From: an archaeon
GTDB taxonomy: Archaea > SpSt-1190 > DYHY01
Length of the DNA: 27,430 nucleotides
Assembly (NCBI GenBank): GCA_043803745.1
Contig: JAZDJS010000038.1
Coordinates: 1-27,430, forward strand
Reading direction: 5' to 3'
The notes beneath the pieces are model-generated. The model searched no databases. It saw only the letters and a program-made list of their open reading frames with translations, and had not been told where the DNA came from. Position numbers and translations under genes: made by a program. This document shows positions 8,286-16,708 of this stretch, one piece after another; positions within the stretch are counted from its first letter, which is position 1, and the number at the start of each line of letters is the position of its first letter.

Positions 8286-8330
8286 GCATATCAAATCTCT
8301 ACTGGAAGCTTTCGGCGGCCGCCCGGGGGG

Positions 8331-8345
8331 TTTTTAAAGGTTCGC
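8331..8345 (-). promoter_or_regulatory. internal TATA box (GCGAACC TTTAAAAA) upstream of rnp1-S17-spc genes
   Basis: The only AT-rich box in the otherwise GC-rich spacer between the sulfatase-like gene and rnp1; about 46-53 nt upstream of ATG 8285. Confidence 0.55.
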
Positions 8346-8355
8346 AAAGACCGCC

Positions 8356-9966
8356 TCAGCCGGAAAAAACTCCGCCGACGGGCAGGGATAGCTGAATTGA
8401 TTGGGGAAGCTGGGCCGCCGCCCGGGGCGGATAAACGGCGGTTTCCCGGGAAGTCTCATAGTCTATGTCAAAGCTTTCGATTGAACAGTTCCCGGGTTCG
8501 ATACAGGGACAGGGGAGCGAAACTCGCGAATTTCCGTAAACGAACGAACGTTGAAGAATCAATTCCAGGCTTCCGTTGGGAGAAACTTCCGCCTCGCAGA
8601 TTGTTTCGAACGCGGCAGGCAGGGCCCTCTCGGAAGTCTGAATAAGGAGATTTCTGCCTTCGGTTCCCGGAGAATCCAGCGGGATTCCCGCCAGCCAGAA
8701 AACCGTTGGCAGGACGTCGACTGTCGCGGCTGTCTGCGAAGAAACGCGCGCCCCGGGAATGCCAGGAATCCGGATCAGCAGGGGAATCCTGGCCTTGCTT
8801 GCTGCCTTGGAACCTGTTCCGAACGGGACATATTGCGCAACGCCGCTGATTCCGTTGTTCTCCCTGTCCAAGACCTGCAGCGCCTTTTCGTCCACTGCCG
8901 CGCCGCCGGAGGCCGTCACGACCACTATCGTCCTTTCAAGGAGTTTCTTCTCTGAAAGGGCTGAGACAACCTTCGAGATTCCTGAATCGATTCTCCGGAG
9001 ATATGCGTCATATCCGGATTCGGCTTTGGAAATCAGCTCGGTCCCAATGGAAATTGGGATTTCCTGCCCGTTCGGACCGAGAGAAATCCGCCCGGAAACC
9101 GAGTTCACTTCAAGCTCGTCAAGGCGGTGCTCCGCCCCGTCGCCCGTCCGGAATGTCGTTTGCAAAAGGTCCCCCGGAACCCCGATATAAAACGCGAATT
9201 TCTGATCGGGCTCGGTCCCCCGGATTTCCGCCGCAGCATCGCCGAAGGGGTCGCCGAGGGAAATCTTGTCGATTGAAGCGTTGTCGAGAAGACTTCCGGA
9301 GAATAGTTCGACGGCGGGCATCGGCCTGCTGAAATAGGCCGTCTTGTAGCCGTTTTTTTTCGCTTCCGAAAAGAATAGCGGGTTCAATCGCCTGGAATCC
9401 GGAAAGAAGATTGTGCTGTTGTTCCACAGGAAAATCATCCGATGGGTTGCCGGAGTTTGCGAGGAAAGCAGGGATGCTTCCCCGGAGGGATACTGCATTG
9501 GCGCTGAGGAAAATGCCCGGTCGAATACGAGCGAACTTTTGGAAAAACTTTGAAGGAAAGGGGTCGCCTCCCCGGAATATCCGTAGACCTCTGAGCGGGT
9601 GGCCTTGAACTGCTCGACCGATATTATCAGTATGTTGCAGCCGGGGCAGCCGAGAGGCGCCTCTGATTTCAGGGCGCTCGCAACACATAATGTCACGGCA
9701 ACAGATGCTATAAGTATGAAAAGCGCGACGACTGCGCGCCCTCCCAGCTTTATTTCTGACGTGAAGTTCTCGAGAAAGTCCAGGAAAAGGAGGGCGGTTA
9801 AGATTGCTCCGGTCAGTAGGAATAGTATCTGGGAATTCCGGAGAAATTGCTGCTTTGTGCTGCCGGCGAAATAGTTATCGGTTGGCAGGCCCCATCTGGA
9901 TACCGCGACTGAAAGGAAAATGAGGGCGAGGAAAAGGGAAGCGAACAACGCCTTTAGATTGGGCAC
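8356..9966 (-). CDS. membrane-anchored sulfatase/alkaline-phosphatase-superfamily protein with degenerate active site
   Basis: Three N-terminal hydrophobic helices, then NILIISVEQ..A.RS..YGY...TPFL..F...S.VFDRAFSSAP, YD..L..ID..I....L....LLE.TIVVVT, RIPLLIRIPG, TVDVLPT and EGRNL, all typical of the sulfatase fold. GTG start. Confidence 0.85.
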   Translation of the reverse strand: MPNLKALFASLFLALIFLSVAVSRWGLPTDNYFAGSTKQQFLRNSQILFLLTGAILTALLFLDFLENFTSEIKLGGRAVVALFILIASVAVTLCVASALKSEAPLGCPGCNILIISVEQFKATRSEVYGYSGEATPFLQSFSKSSLVFDRAFSSAPMQYPSGEASLLSSQTPATHRMIFLWNNSTIFFPDSRRLNPLFFSEAKKNGYKTAYFSRPMPAVELFSGSLLDNASIDKISLGDPFGDAAAEIRGTEPDQKFAFYIGVPGDLLQTTFRTGDGAEHRLDELEVNSVSGRISLGPNGQEIPISIGTELISKAESGYDAYLRRIDSGISKVVSALSEKKLLERTIVVVTASGGAAVDEKALQVLDRENNGISGVAQYVPFGTGSKAASKARIPLLIRIPGIPGARVSSQTAATVDVLPTVFWLAGIPLDSPGTEGRNLLIQTSERALPAAFETICEAEVSPNGSLELILQRSFVYGNSRVSLPCPCIEPGNCSIESFDIDYETSRETAVYPPRAAAQLPQSIQLSLPVGGVFSG

Positions 9967-9987
9967 GGGAAGTTCGTGCGCGCGGAG

Positions 9988-9996
9988 AATAAAAAG
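9988..9996 (-). promoter_or_regulatory. TATA-like CTTTTTATT for the sulfatase-like gene (could double as a U-rich terminator of SUI1)
   Basis: Immediately after the SUI1 stop and 22-30 nt upstream of GTG 9966; the same TTTTTATT sits at similar spacing before rtcB. Confidence 0.45.
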
Positions 9997-10317
9997 TTAT
10001 TTGGAGCCGAACCCTATTATTCCGATCGCAGACTCAGGGAACCCCGCTGCAATCAGGGCGGGCAATATTCTTTTCCGATGGTCCCCTTGAAGTTCTATCA
10101 GGCCCGACCGCGCCGTTCCTCCGCAGGCGAGCTTCTCCTTGAGTTTCTTGGTGACGTCCTCGAGATTGACGTCGCGCGGGTTTATGCCCTCGACGAGTGT
10201 GACGCTTTTCTTGAATTTCCTTTGCTCAACCCGCACAATTATCTTCTGGGCTTCTCTCGAAATGCTCTCGCACACACAGAAATCCTTGGGTAATCCGCAC
10301 TTTTTGCAGACTTCCAT
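9997..10317 (-). CDS. sui1: translation initiation factor SUI1 (aIF1/YciH family)
   Basis: VCKKCGLPKDFCVCE, LKEKLACGGT, IELQGDHR. Confidence 0.96.
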   Translation of the reverse strand: MEVCKKCGLPKDFCVCESISREAQKIIVRVEQRKFKKSVTLVEGINPRDVNLEDVTKKLKEKLACGGTARSGLIELQGDHRKRILPALIAAGFPESAIGIIGFGSK

Positions 10318-10319
10318 TC

Positions 10320-10547
10320 TTATTGTTTCTTCACGTCCTCGTTCGTCTTATTCTTGCCGGCTGAGATCGCGGCCGAAACCGTCAGAAACTGGGCGATTGT
10401 CCGCCTCAGGTTCCTTATTGCGGAAACCTTTGTTGGGGCGCCACCGGTTGCCCTTTTCGACATTTCTCTTGAGAGTTGCGCCCGGGATTCTTTCAGCTTT
10501 TTCTCAATTTCGGAGGGGGTCAGCTTCCACAAATCCTTTTTCTTCAT
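10320..10547 (-). CDS. rpl29: 50S ribosomal protein L29 (uL29)
   Basis: MKKKDLWKLT..EI.KKL.E, IRNLRRTIAQFLT; position after S3. Confidence 0.93.
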   Translation of the reverse strand: MKKKDLWKLTPSEIEKKLKESRAQLSREMSKRATGGAPTKVSAIRNLRRTIAQFLTVSAAISAGKNKTNEDVKKQ

Positions 10548-10551
10548 TTTG

Positions 10552-11223
10552 CTAGTTCACGGCCTCCGCTTTTCTTTCCGCCGGGACAGGCGCCGCTAAA
10601 ACCGCGGCTGCCGCCTGCCTTGCGCTGATTTGGCTTGCAATGAGTATCTCGTCCGGGAATATAACGTTTTGGGGCATTATGCGGACCCTCACTCCGACAA
10701 CTCCTGGCTTCAGCTGCGCATCATAATAGCCGACAAGAACGTGGTCCTTGACAAGCTGACCGCAGTGCCTAATGTATCCTTTCTTGAACGTCCAATCCTT
10801 TGCCCGCGCCGAGGGGACCTTTCCGGAGATTCGCACTTCTGCGCCCCGCGCCCCGCATTCCATTATTCTGTCGAGAACCCGGTGGGCGACTTTCTTGAAA
10901 TAGTAGCCGCGCTCGAGAAGGTTCCCTATTTTTGCGGCCTGCAGCTGGGCGTCCACGTCCGGGTTGTCCACTTGCTTGACCTCCACCTGCGGATTGTCTA
11001 TGTGGAAGTTCGTCTTGAACGCCTCGGTGAGCTCCTTGATCGATTCCCCGCTTCGCCCTATTACGAGACCGGGCCTCGTCGCATAAATTATTACGCGCGT
11101 TCCCATGGGGGTCCGCTTTATCTCCGTGTGCGAATATCCCGCGCGCCTGAGCCTCGCCGCGAGGAATCTTTTGACCTCAAGTTCCTTTACCTTTTCCGAA
11201 ATGAAAAATCTCTCTACAGTCAT
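10552..11223 (-). CDS. rps3: 30S ribosomal protein S3 (uS3)
   Basis: AGYS..EIKRTPMGTR, RPGLVIGRSG (KH domain), GARGAEVRISGK, KPGVVGVRVRIM. Confidence 0.98.
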   Translation of the reverse strand: MTVERFFISEKVKELEVKRFLAARLRRAGYSHTEIKRTPMGTRVIIYATRPGLVIGRSGESIKELTEAFKTNFHIDNPQVEVKQVDNPDVDAQLQAAKIGNLLERGYYFKKVAHRVLDRIMECGARGAEVRISGKVPSARAKDWTFKKGYIRHCGQLVKDHVLVGYYDAQLKPGVVGVRVRIMPQNVIFPDEILIASQISARQAAAAVLAAPVPAERKAEAVN

Positions 11224-11226
11224 TTT

Positions 11227-11682
11227 CTAGCCCTTCCTCTCCTCAAGAACAACTTGAATGTTCGCCCGTCGGGACCGGTTGGAGGGCCCTTTTGAGAAAA
11301 CCCTCGCGCCTCCGGGCCTCTTGTGGAACGAACGATTGGCAACCGCGGAAGCGACATAAAGCCGCCCCTCGTCAAGCCCCTTTGCCTTGGCATTCGCCTT
11401 GGCGCTCGCGACAAGCGTACTGAATTCTGTTGCCGCATTAACTGGAAACCTTCCCGGCCCTATCCCCGGCTTGTGCCCGAGCTCGGTGTTGAAGCGGGTG
11501 AACTTTATTGGCTTTGTTTTCGCGATTACTCCGGCAAGCATCCGCTCGGCCTGCGGAACCAAAAGTCCCCTTAGGTTGTGCGCAACTTCCCGAGCTTCCT
11601 TCGGGGAAATGTTGAGCGCGTCCGCCCTTGCCTGCGCAAATCGGGTTTTCCTCGACTTGGGATTGTATGAGTAGTTTTCCAT
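11227..11682 (-). CDS. rpl22: 50S ribosomal protein L22 (uL22)
   Basis: MENYSY, ISPKEAREVA, GHKPGIGPGRFPVNAA, ANAKAKGLD. True start is probably ATG 11682, not 11784. Confidence 0.96.
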   Translation of the reverse strand: MENYSYNPKSRKTRFAQARADALNISPKEAREVAHNLRGLLVPQAERMLAGVIAKTKPIKFTRFNTELGHKPGIGPGRFPVNAATEFSTLVASAKANAKAKGLDEGRLYVASAVANRSFHKRPGGARVFSKGPSNRSRRANIQVVLEERKG

Positions 11683-11746
11683 TTCCTTTCGTTTCCTTCC
11701 TTCGTTCGTTTTTCTTTTTTCTTTCCTGTGTGGTGTGCCCTCTCGC

Positions 11747-12142
11747 CTACTTGAGTGGAATGAACATACTGCTCTTTGTTGCACCGATTCCCGGGGCGCC
11801 GTGGGAAACGCGTTTGCGCGTCAGGGCGAACTCCCCGAGCCTGTGCCCGAGATGCTCCGGCTGGAGCTCGAGAGTCGCAAAATCCTTTCCGGTGTGGACT
11901 GCAACGAGCGCGCCAATCATCTGCGGCGTGACGACCACGTCGCGGCAATGGGTCTTGACCGGCTTTTTGTCCTTGGCTTTCGCCGAGGCAAGGACGTCGA
12001 AAACGAACTTCTTTTCGGTTGAGGAAAATCCCTTGAGAAGCCTTCTCCTCGCCCTCGCAGGAACTAGTCTGGCGAACTCCTGAAGTGTCATCTTCTGCAG
12101 TTCCTCGACCGTTTTTCCCCTGTATTTGAAAATTCGTGGCAT
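11747..12142 (-). CDS. rps19: 30S ribosomal protein S19 (uS19)
   Basis: FKYRGKTVEEL, KTHCRD, GHRLGEFALTRKRVSHGAPGIGATKSSMFIPLK. Confidence 0.98.
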   Translation of the reverse strand: MPRIFKYRGKTVEELQKMTLQEFARLVPARARRRLLKGFSSTEKKFVFDVLASAKAKDKKPVKTHCRDVVVTPQMIGALVAVHTGKDFATLELQPEHLGHRLGEFALTRKRVSHGAPGIGATKSSMFIPLK

Positions 12143-12147
12143 TGTTA

Positions 12148-12951
12148 CTATTCAGTCTCCTTCTTTTTCTCCGTTGCCGCCGATGGGGCGGCGGTGGATG
12201 CTGCTGTCGCTTTGGACGTCTCTATTGTAATCCGTTTCTTCATCCCGCCCCGACCCATTGATCTTGCTGCAATACTGCCGACCTTTCTTCCGGGTGGCGT
12301 ATCGTGAGTGCATGTCTGCGATTTCCCGAGGTGCTGGTGACCTCCGCCCCCGAACGGATGATCGACCGGGTTCCTTGCAGATGCGGATGAGCGCGGCCAC
12401 CTGAGATTGCGTGCGTGCTTCTTGTAGTGCATTTTTCCCGCTTTTGCGAACGGCTTGAGGACGCGTCCTCCGCCTGCGGCAACACCAATCGTCGCCCTGC
12501 AGTTCGGAAGGAATATTTTGGTATGCCCGGAGGGCAGCCGAACATTTATCCCTGATGCTTCCTTTGAGACAATGAAGCCGTAGCTGCCTGAAGAATGGAG
12601 GACCTTTCCTCCGTCACCGGGCCGCAGCTCAATGTTGAATATCGGAACCCCGTCCGGAATCCTTGCAAGGGGAAGGACGTTCCCCTCTTTTGCGGCGGCG
12701 TCAGCGCCGAAGAAAATGTCCTGACCGACTACGAGCCCGTCGTTTGCGGGCAAAAGGAAGGACACATCCCCGATGCGTATCACCGCAAGCGGCACGTTGT
12801 GCCCCACCGAATGGATCAGATCAGAAACCCGCCCAACAGAAAGGCTTTGCAGGGGGGCAGGATATGAAAGCCTGCCTGCATACCTGTGAGAGGGTGCGCG
12901 CCAAGTTGGAAGGTTTTTCCCTCTTCTTTGCTGTAGTAGTCGTTTTCCCAT
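12148..12951 (-). CDS. rpl2: 50S ribosomal protein L2 (uL2)
   Basis: MGKRLLQQRRGK, NIELRPGDGGK, ATIGVAAGGGR, NPVDHPFGGG, PPGRKVGSIAAR. Confidence 0.98.
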   Translation of the reverse strand: MGKRLLQQRRGKNLPTWRAPSHRYAGRLSYPAPLQSLSVGRVSDLIHSVGHNVPLAVIRIGDVSFLLPANDGLVVGQDIFFGADAAAKEGNVLPLARIPDGVPIFNIELRPGDGGKVLHSSGSYGFIVSKEASGINVRLPSGHTKIFLPNCRATIGVAAGGGRVLKPFAKAGKMHYKKHARNLRWPRSSASARNPVDHPFGGGGHQHLGKSQTCTHDTPPGRKVGSIAARSMGRGGMKKRITIETSKATAASTAAPSAATEKKKETE

Positions 12952-12956
12952 GTTTA

Positions 12957-13304
12957 TCACAACATCCCCAGTTTCGACGCAAGTTCAGTTGCGGAGGATT
13001 CGGGTCCGAGCCTCAGGAACGCCTTCTTTTTCCCGGAGGAAAATGAATTCTCCGTCCTGACTTTGAGCACCTTCACGCCGTAAAGCGCCTCCGCAGCAAG
13101 CTTTATGCTTGGCTTGCTTGCCTTTCTGGGAACAATGAAAGTCATTACGTTCTCTGCGGAGCCCCTGACTGATTTTTCAGTCGAGCTCGGGTAAAGGAGG
13201 ATTTCCTCGGGCTTGAATCCGGTAGGCAGCTTCCGCTCGGACCGTGCCTGTTTTGCCCGCTTAACGCCCTTTGGGCTTTCAGTCGCTGGTTCTTCACTAG
13301 ACAT
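12957..13304 (-). CDS. rpl23: 50S ribosomal protein L23 (uL23) with N-terminal extension
   Basis: P.STEKS, N..TFIV, YGVKVLKVRT, GKKKAFLRL, ASKLGML. Confidence 0.94.
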   Translation of the reverse strand: MSSEEPATESPKGVKRAKQARSERKLPTGFKPEEILLYPSSTEKSVRGSAENVMTFIVPRKASKPSIKLAAEALYGVKVLKVRTENSFSSGKKKAFLRLGPESSATELASKLGML

Positions 13305-14109
13305 AGAGTTTTTCCTCCTTGAGTTTGTTTATCGCAGCAGCGGTCCACACCGTGAGGCGCCCGACAACCCCTCCAGGGGCAAGCAGCTCGGCATTGAGCT
13401 TATTGACTGAAACGACATCGACGCCGGGAAGGTTGCTGGCTCCGGCCGGGATCTTGCCCGCGGTTACGAAGAGGAGGGATTTCCTTCTCTTGTAGGGCCT
13501 TCCGCGCATCTTTCCCTTGCCCGGACGAGCCTGTTTTATCTTGCCGCGCGCGAGTTCGTCCGCAAGTCCAAGAGCTTCGAAAAGTTTCTCGAACTCCCTC
13601 GTTTTTCCGAGGTGTTCTGCGCTTTCCTCGACAACGAACGGCAACTGCGCCCCTTCGGGAACCCGGTGCCCCCTTGCCCGGACAAATTCCACCAGTGCAG
13701 TCGCTGAAATCGCGGTCCTTATCGCAAGGCGCCGTTCCTTCCTGTTGATTGCATTCGAATAGTTTGCATGGGGCATTGGCGCGTGGACGGAGCGTCCGCC
13801 GACCGCTTGAGGGACTATTTTCGTCTGGCCTGCCCTTCGCCCGCCCTTTTTTATCATGAGTCGGGGAAGCCTTGCCCGTCCGTAGCTGTAGGAATGTCCC
13901 CAGCCCTTCCGCGTTCCCTTGTATCTTGCAGATGACCTCTGACCCGATTCCGAATCCGGACCATACCCCTGTCTCCTGTTGTTCTGGGCCGCCAGCACAG
14001 CCCGTTTCACTACATCAGTCCGCATGCTTTCGGAGAACTGGACGGGAAGCTCGATTGTCTTCCCGGTCTTCTCCCCTGCCGCTGAATAGATTGAGATTTT
14101 TCCCGCCAT
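13297..14109 (-). CDS. rpl4: 50S ribosomal protein L4 (uL4)
   Basis: LPVQF, VPQAVGGR..HAP, INRKERRLAI, RPGKGKMRGRPYK, NLPGVDV, LLAPGG..GRLTVWT. Confidence 0.98.
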   Translation of the reverse strand: MAGKISIYSAAGEKTGKTIELPVQFSESMRTDVVKRAVLAAQNNRRQGYGPDSESGQRSSARYKGTRKGWGHSYSYGRARLPRLMIKKGGRRAGQTKIVPQAVGGRSVHAPMPHANYSNAINRKERRLAIRTAISATALVEFVRARGHRVPEGAQLPFVVEESAEHLGKTREFEKLFEALGLADELARGKIKQARPGKGKMRGRPYKRRKSLLFVTAGKIPAGASNLPGVDVVSVNKLNAELLAPGGVVGRLTVWTAAAINKLKEEKLYV

Positions 14110-15059
14110 TATAGTTTAATCCCTCCCGTTGCAATTCCGTCTATTTTCTGAGGATCAAAAACTCTCTCGGGAACCCTTGCCGCAAATCGCATCCGGACGA
14201 GGCGCTTGATTGGTCCGGGAATTGAGCCGTGAAGAAGAATTACGTCGCCGTCAACCTTTCCGTATTTGTGGAACGGGCTTCCGTCGCCCTGCGAAATTGC
14301 GACAATCCGCTTGTTGTAATCGCACCTTTGATGGTAGCCTGTTTTTCCGCCCATTGGAGTCTGCCAGAGAACGCGTTTGGGCCTCCAGCTTCCGATGTTC
14401 GCGGGGCGCCTGCGCGACCTCTTCGTCTTGACCGACATCAGAGGGACGTTCATCCTCGCTACCGGTCCGAGGAACCCTCGTCCCTTTGAAACCGCGAAAA
14501 TGTCGAGATAGTCCCCTACTGAAAGGACGTCGCTTGCCCTCAAGTCCGTTCCGAGAAGCTCGAGCGCCTTCGCCTTCTGCTCATCCGGGGAAGAGCCTGC
14601 AAGGGCGATTTCCATTATCTCCGGCTTTTTCTTTCCGATTCCGGCGAGCCGGGGTTGCATTGAAACTATTATTACCGCCCTGTCGAAGTTCTGCACCTCC
14701 TTCGGCGCCTTCCCCGCCTTTGGAAGGGGCCTGACCGTTCGTCCCAAATCCTTGTGGAGATTGGGCGCGAATGCCTGTCCGACGGATTTTTCCTGGAGAT
14801 AGTATCTTACGCCGATGACCTTCACCGGCGGGACTTGTATAAGCGTGATGGGCTCCTGCCGCGACTGGTTCACGAGAATGCTTTTCGGGTTGTTCTCGAC
14901 AAGTGCGGCGTGCGTCATTGCCACCTTGTAGCCTGCAAAGCCTAGGACTGCCTTGCCCTCTTTTTGAACCCAGGTCCTGATTCTAGGCACTTCGGACTTT
15001 GCCCGGTTCCGGGGGGCGAATTGCCTTGAACCTCGGCGGGGATGACTGAATTTTCCCAT
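14109..15059 (-). CDS. rpl3: 50S ribosomal protein L3 (uL3)
   Basis: PRRGS..F.PR.RA, GFAGYKVAMTH, KKKPEIMEI, SKGRGF.GPV, GYHQR, GSIPGP. Start ATG 15059 or GTG 15086. Confidence 0.98.
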   Translation of the reverse strand: MGKFSHPRRGSRQFAPRNRAKSEVPRIRTWVQKEGKAVLGFAGYKVAMTHAALVENNPKSILVNQSRQEPITLIQVPPVKVIGVRYYLQEKSVGQAFAPNLHKDLGRTVRPLPKAGKAPKEVQNFDRAVIIVSMQPRLAGIGKKKPEIMEIALAGSSPDEQKAKALELLGTDLRASDVLSVGDYLDIFAVSKGRGFLGPVARMNVPLMSVKTKRSRRRPANIGSWRPKRVLWQTPMGGKTGYHQRCDYNKRIVAISQGDGSPFHKYGKVDGDVILLHGSIPGPIKRLVRMRFAARVPERVFDPQKIDGIATGGIKL

Positions 15060-15088
15060 TTTGCTTCGCGAGCGGCTCCCTGCCACCC

Positions 15089-15113
15089 TTTATAAGGCTT
15101 GGGGGCTTAAAAA
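15089..15113 (-). promoter_or_regulatory. TATA-like boxes for the r-protein operon (TTTTTAA 15113-15107; TTATAAA 15095-15089)
   Basis: Two AT-rich boxes, positioned 21-27 nt upstream of GTG 15086 and 30-36 nt upstream of ATG 15059 respectively. Confidence 0.55.
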
Positions 15114-15139
15114 TGGTGGCGGGCGTCTTGGTTTTTCTG

Positions 15140-15152
15140 GAAAAAGTTATAA
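15140..15152 (+). promoter_or_regulatory. BRE+TATA (GAAAAAG TTATAA) for trkH
   Basis: Purine-rich BRE followed by TTATAA, 24-29 nt upstream of ATG 15176 (leaderless spacing). Confidence 0.65.
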
Positions 15153-15175
15153 CTGCCTAGCTACGCGGGCGTCCG

Positions 15176-16696
15176 ATGAAAACCCTCGCGGCAAACATGG
15201 GTTTTACTCTCCAGCTCGCGGGCGGGCTGATGCTTCCATCCATCGTGGCTGGGCTTGCCCTCGAGGAAACGGCCCATGTCGTTTCCCTTTTCTGCGCGGC
15301 AACGGCCTTCCTTTTCCTTGGCTTCCTCCTAAACAGCCTCGCCGAGAAGCGCAGGCTTGATGTCGGGCAAGCGGCTTTCCTAGTGGCTGCGACCTTTCTC
15401 GTCCTCTCTCTGATAGGCGCGGTTCCGTATTTCATATCGGTTTTCGGCGAGGGCAACATTCTGGAAAGGGTTGCCAACGCGTTTTTCGAATCGGTTTCCG
15501 GATACACGACGACCGGATTCAGCTTCATTCCTGACGAGGCAGTCCTCCCGATATCGATACAGATTTACCGGGTCACCACCGAGTTCGTCGGGGGAATCGG
15601 CCTCGTTTTTCTCCTGCTCGCGTTCCTTCACACGGACACTGCTGTCAGCGGGCTTGAAAGCGCGCTTGGCACGGAAGAGATAGGCGCGTTCAGCCCCAGG
15701 AAGAAGTATTTCGAAATATTCTCCGTCTATACTATATACATTGTCGCGCTCTCCGCGACCCTCTATTTCGTCGGCTACAAGAGCATTCTCAGAAACGTCA
15801 TGCACATAATACATCTGATAACGGGGGGATATGCGTCATCCCCGCAGTTCCTGCCTGGCTACCTCCAGGGGGCGGGCCTCGTGGTTGCCCTTCTGACAAT
15901 GTTCATAGGCGCGATTTCCTTCGTTTTCCACCACCGGCTGATAACCGGCAAGCTGGCGCGGCTCATCAGCTGGGAAGTCGTGCTTTTTGGGGCTATTGTC
16001 GCCGGTGGCGCGTTCAGCCTCGCCAGCCAAGCGGGTGGCTTCCTTAGCGGGCTTTTCCAGGCGCTTAGCTTCTCCTCCGGGACGGGGATAAGCCTTGTCC
16101 CGCTCTCGTCCTACGGGGAATATGGAAAATTGGTGCTGATAGTCCTGATGTTCATCGGGGGCTGCGGCTTTTCAATGGCGGGCGGCATAAAGGTTTCCCG
16201 GCTCATCTTCGCCGCCAGGGGCGTCGTTGAAATGGTCGTGCGGTATGTTAAAGGCGCGGTTCCCAGCGAGAATTCGTCCTATGAAACGCGGGCCGGCCGG
16301 GAAAGAACCGCAGAGAACCTTTCCGCGCTCGTGTCGATTTCCCTAGGGGTTATACTCACCATTTCGTCCGCAGTTCTCCTGATGCTCTTCCTCGGAGCGG
16401 GTTTCTTCGATTCGCTTTTCGAAACAGTCTCCGCATATTCAACGACTGGGGCAACTGGCGGCCTTGTCTCCGTTGCGAATCCGGTCTGGATGAAACTGCT
16501 TTTCTCCGGGCTGATGCTCCTAGGGCGTATCGACCTCGTGGTCTTCCTGATTGCAATTGGCTATTTCGCGTATTCGCTGAGTTCAAGGGGCACAGGGCCC
16601 GGCGAGAAATATCTTGTTGAAGTGTCCAGATTCACCGAAGGGGAAAATGCCCCTGTCGCGAAGAGGGGTGCTGAAAAGGGCCCTTCGCGTTTGTGA
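15176..16696 (+). CDS. trkH: Trk-type potassium uptake membrane protein TrkH
   Basis: FFESVSGYTTTGFS, YR..T.FVGGIG, LMFIGGC..S.AGGIKV.R, FETVSAYSTTG, LMLLGR; many TM helices. Confidence 0.93.
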   Translation: MKTLAANMGFTLQLAGGLMLPSIVAGLALEETAHVVSLFCAATAFLFLGFLLNSLAEKRRLDVGQAAFLVAATFLVLSLIGAVPYFISVFGEGNILERVANAFFESVSGYTTTGFSFIPDEAVLPISIQIYRVTTEFVGGIGLVFLLLAFLHTDTAVSGLESALGTEEIGAFSPRKKYFEIFSVYTIYIVALSATLYFVGYKSILRNVMHIIHLITGGYASSPQFLPGYLQGAGLVVALLTMFIGAISFVFHHRLITGKLARLISWEVVLFGAIVAGGAFSLASQAGGFLSGLFQALSFSSGTGISLVPLSSYGEYGKLVLIVLMFIGGCGFSMAGGIKVSRLIFAARGVVEMVVRYVKGAVPSENSSYETRAGRERTAENLSALVSISLGVILTISSAVLLMLFLGAGFFDSLFETVSAYSTTGATGGLVSVANPVWMKLLFSGLMLLGRIDLVVFLIAIGYFAYSLSSRGTGPGEKYLVEVSRFTEGENAPVAKRGAEKGPSRL

Positions 16697-16708
16697 CTGG
16701 AGACTCGC

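Noticed and set aside
8286-9996. Mobile element explanation for the sulfatase-like insertion
   Set aside because: No transposase or integrase, terminal inverted repeats or target-site duplication were seen.
318-14945. Numerous + strand and alternate-frame ORFs over the r-protein cluster (e.g. 3417-4217, 4308-4892, 10630-11295, 1966-2640)
   Set aside because: Shadow ORFs of well-supported genes in GC-rich DNA, with no recognisable motifs.
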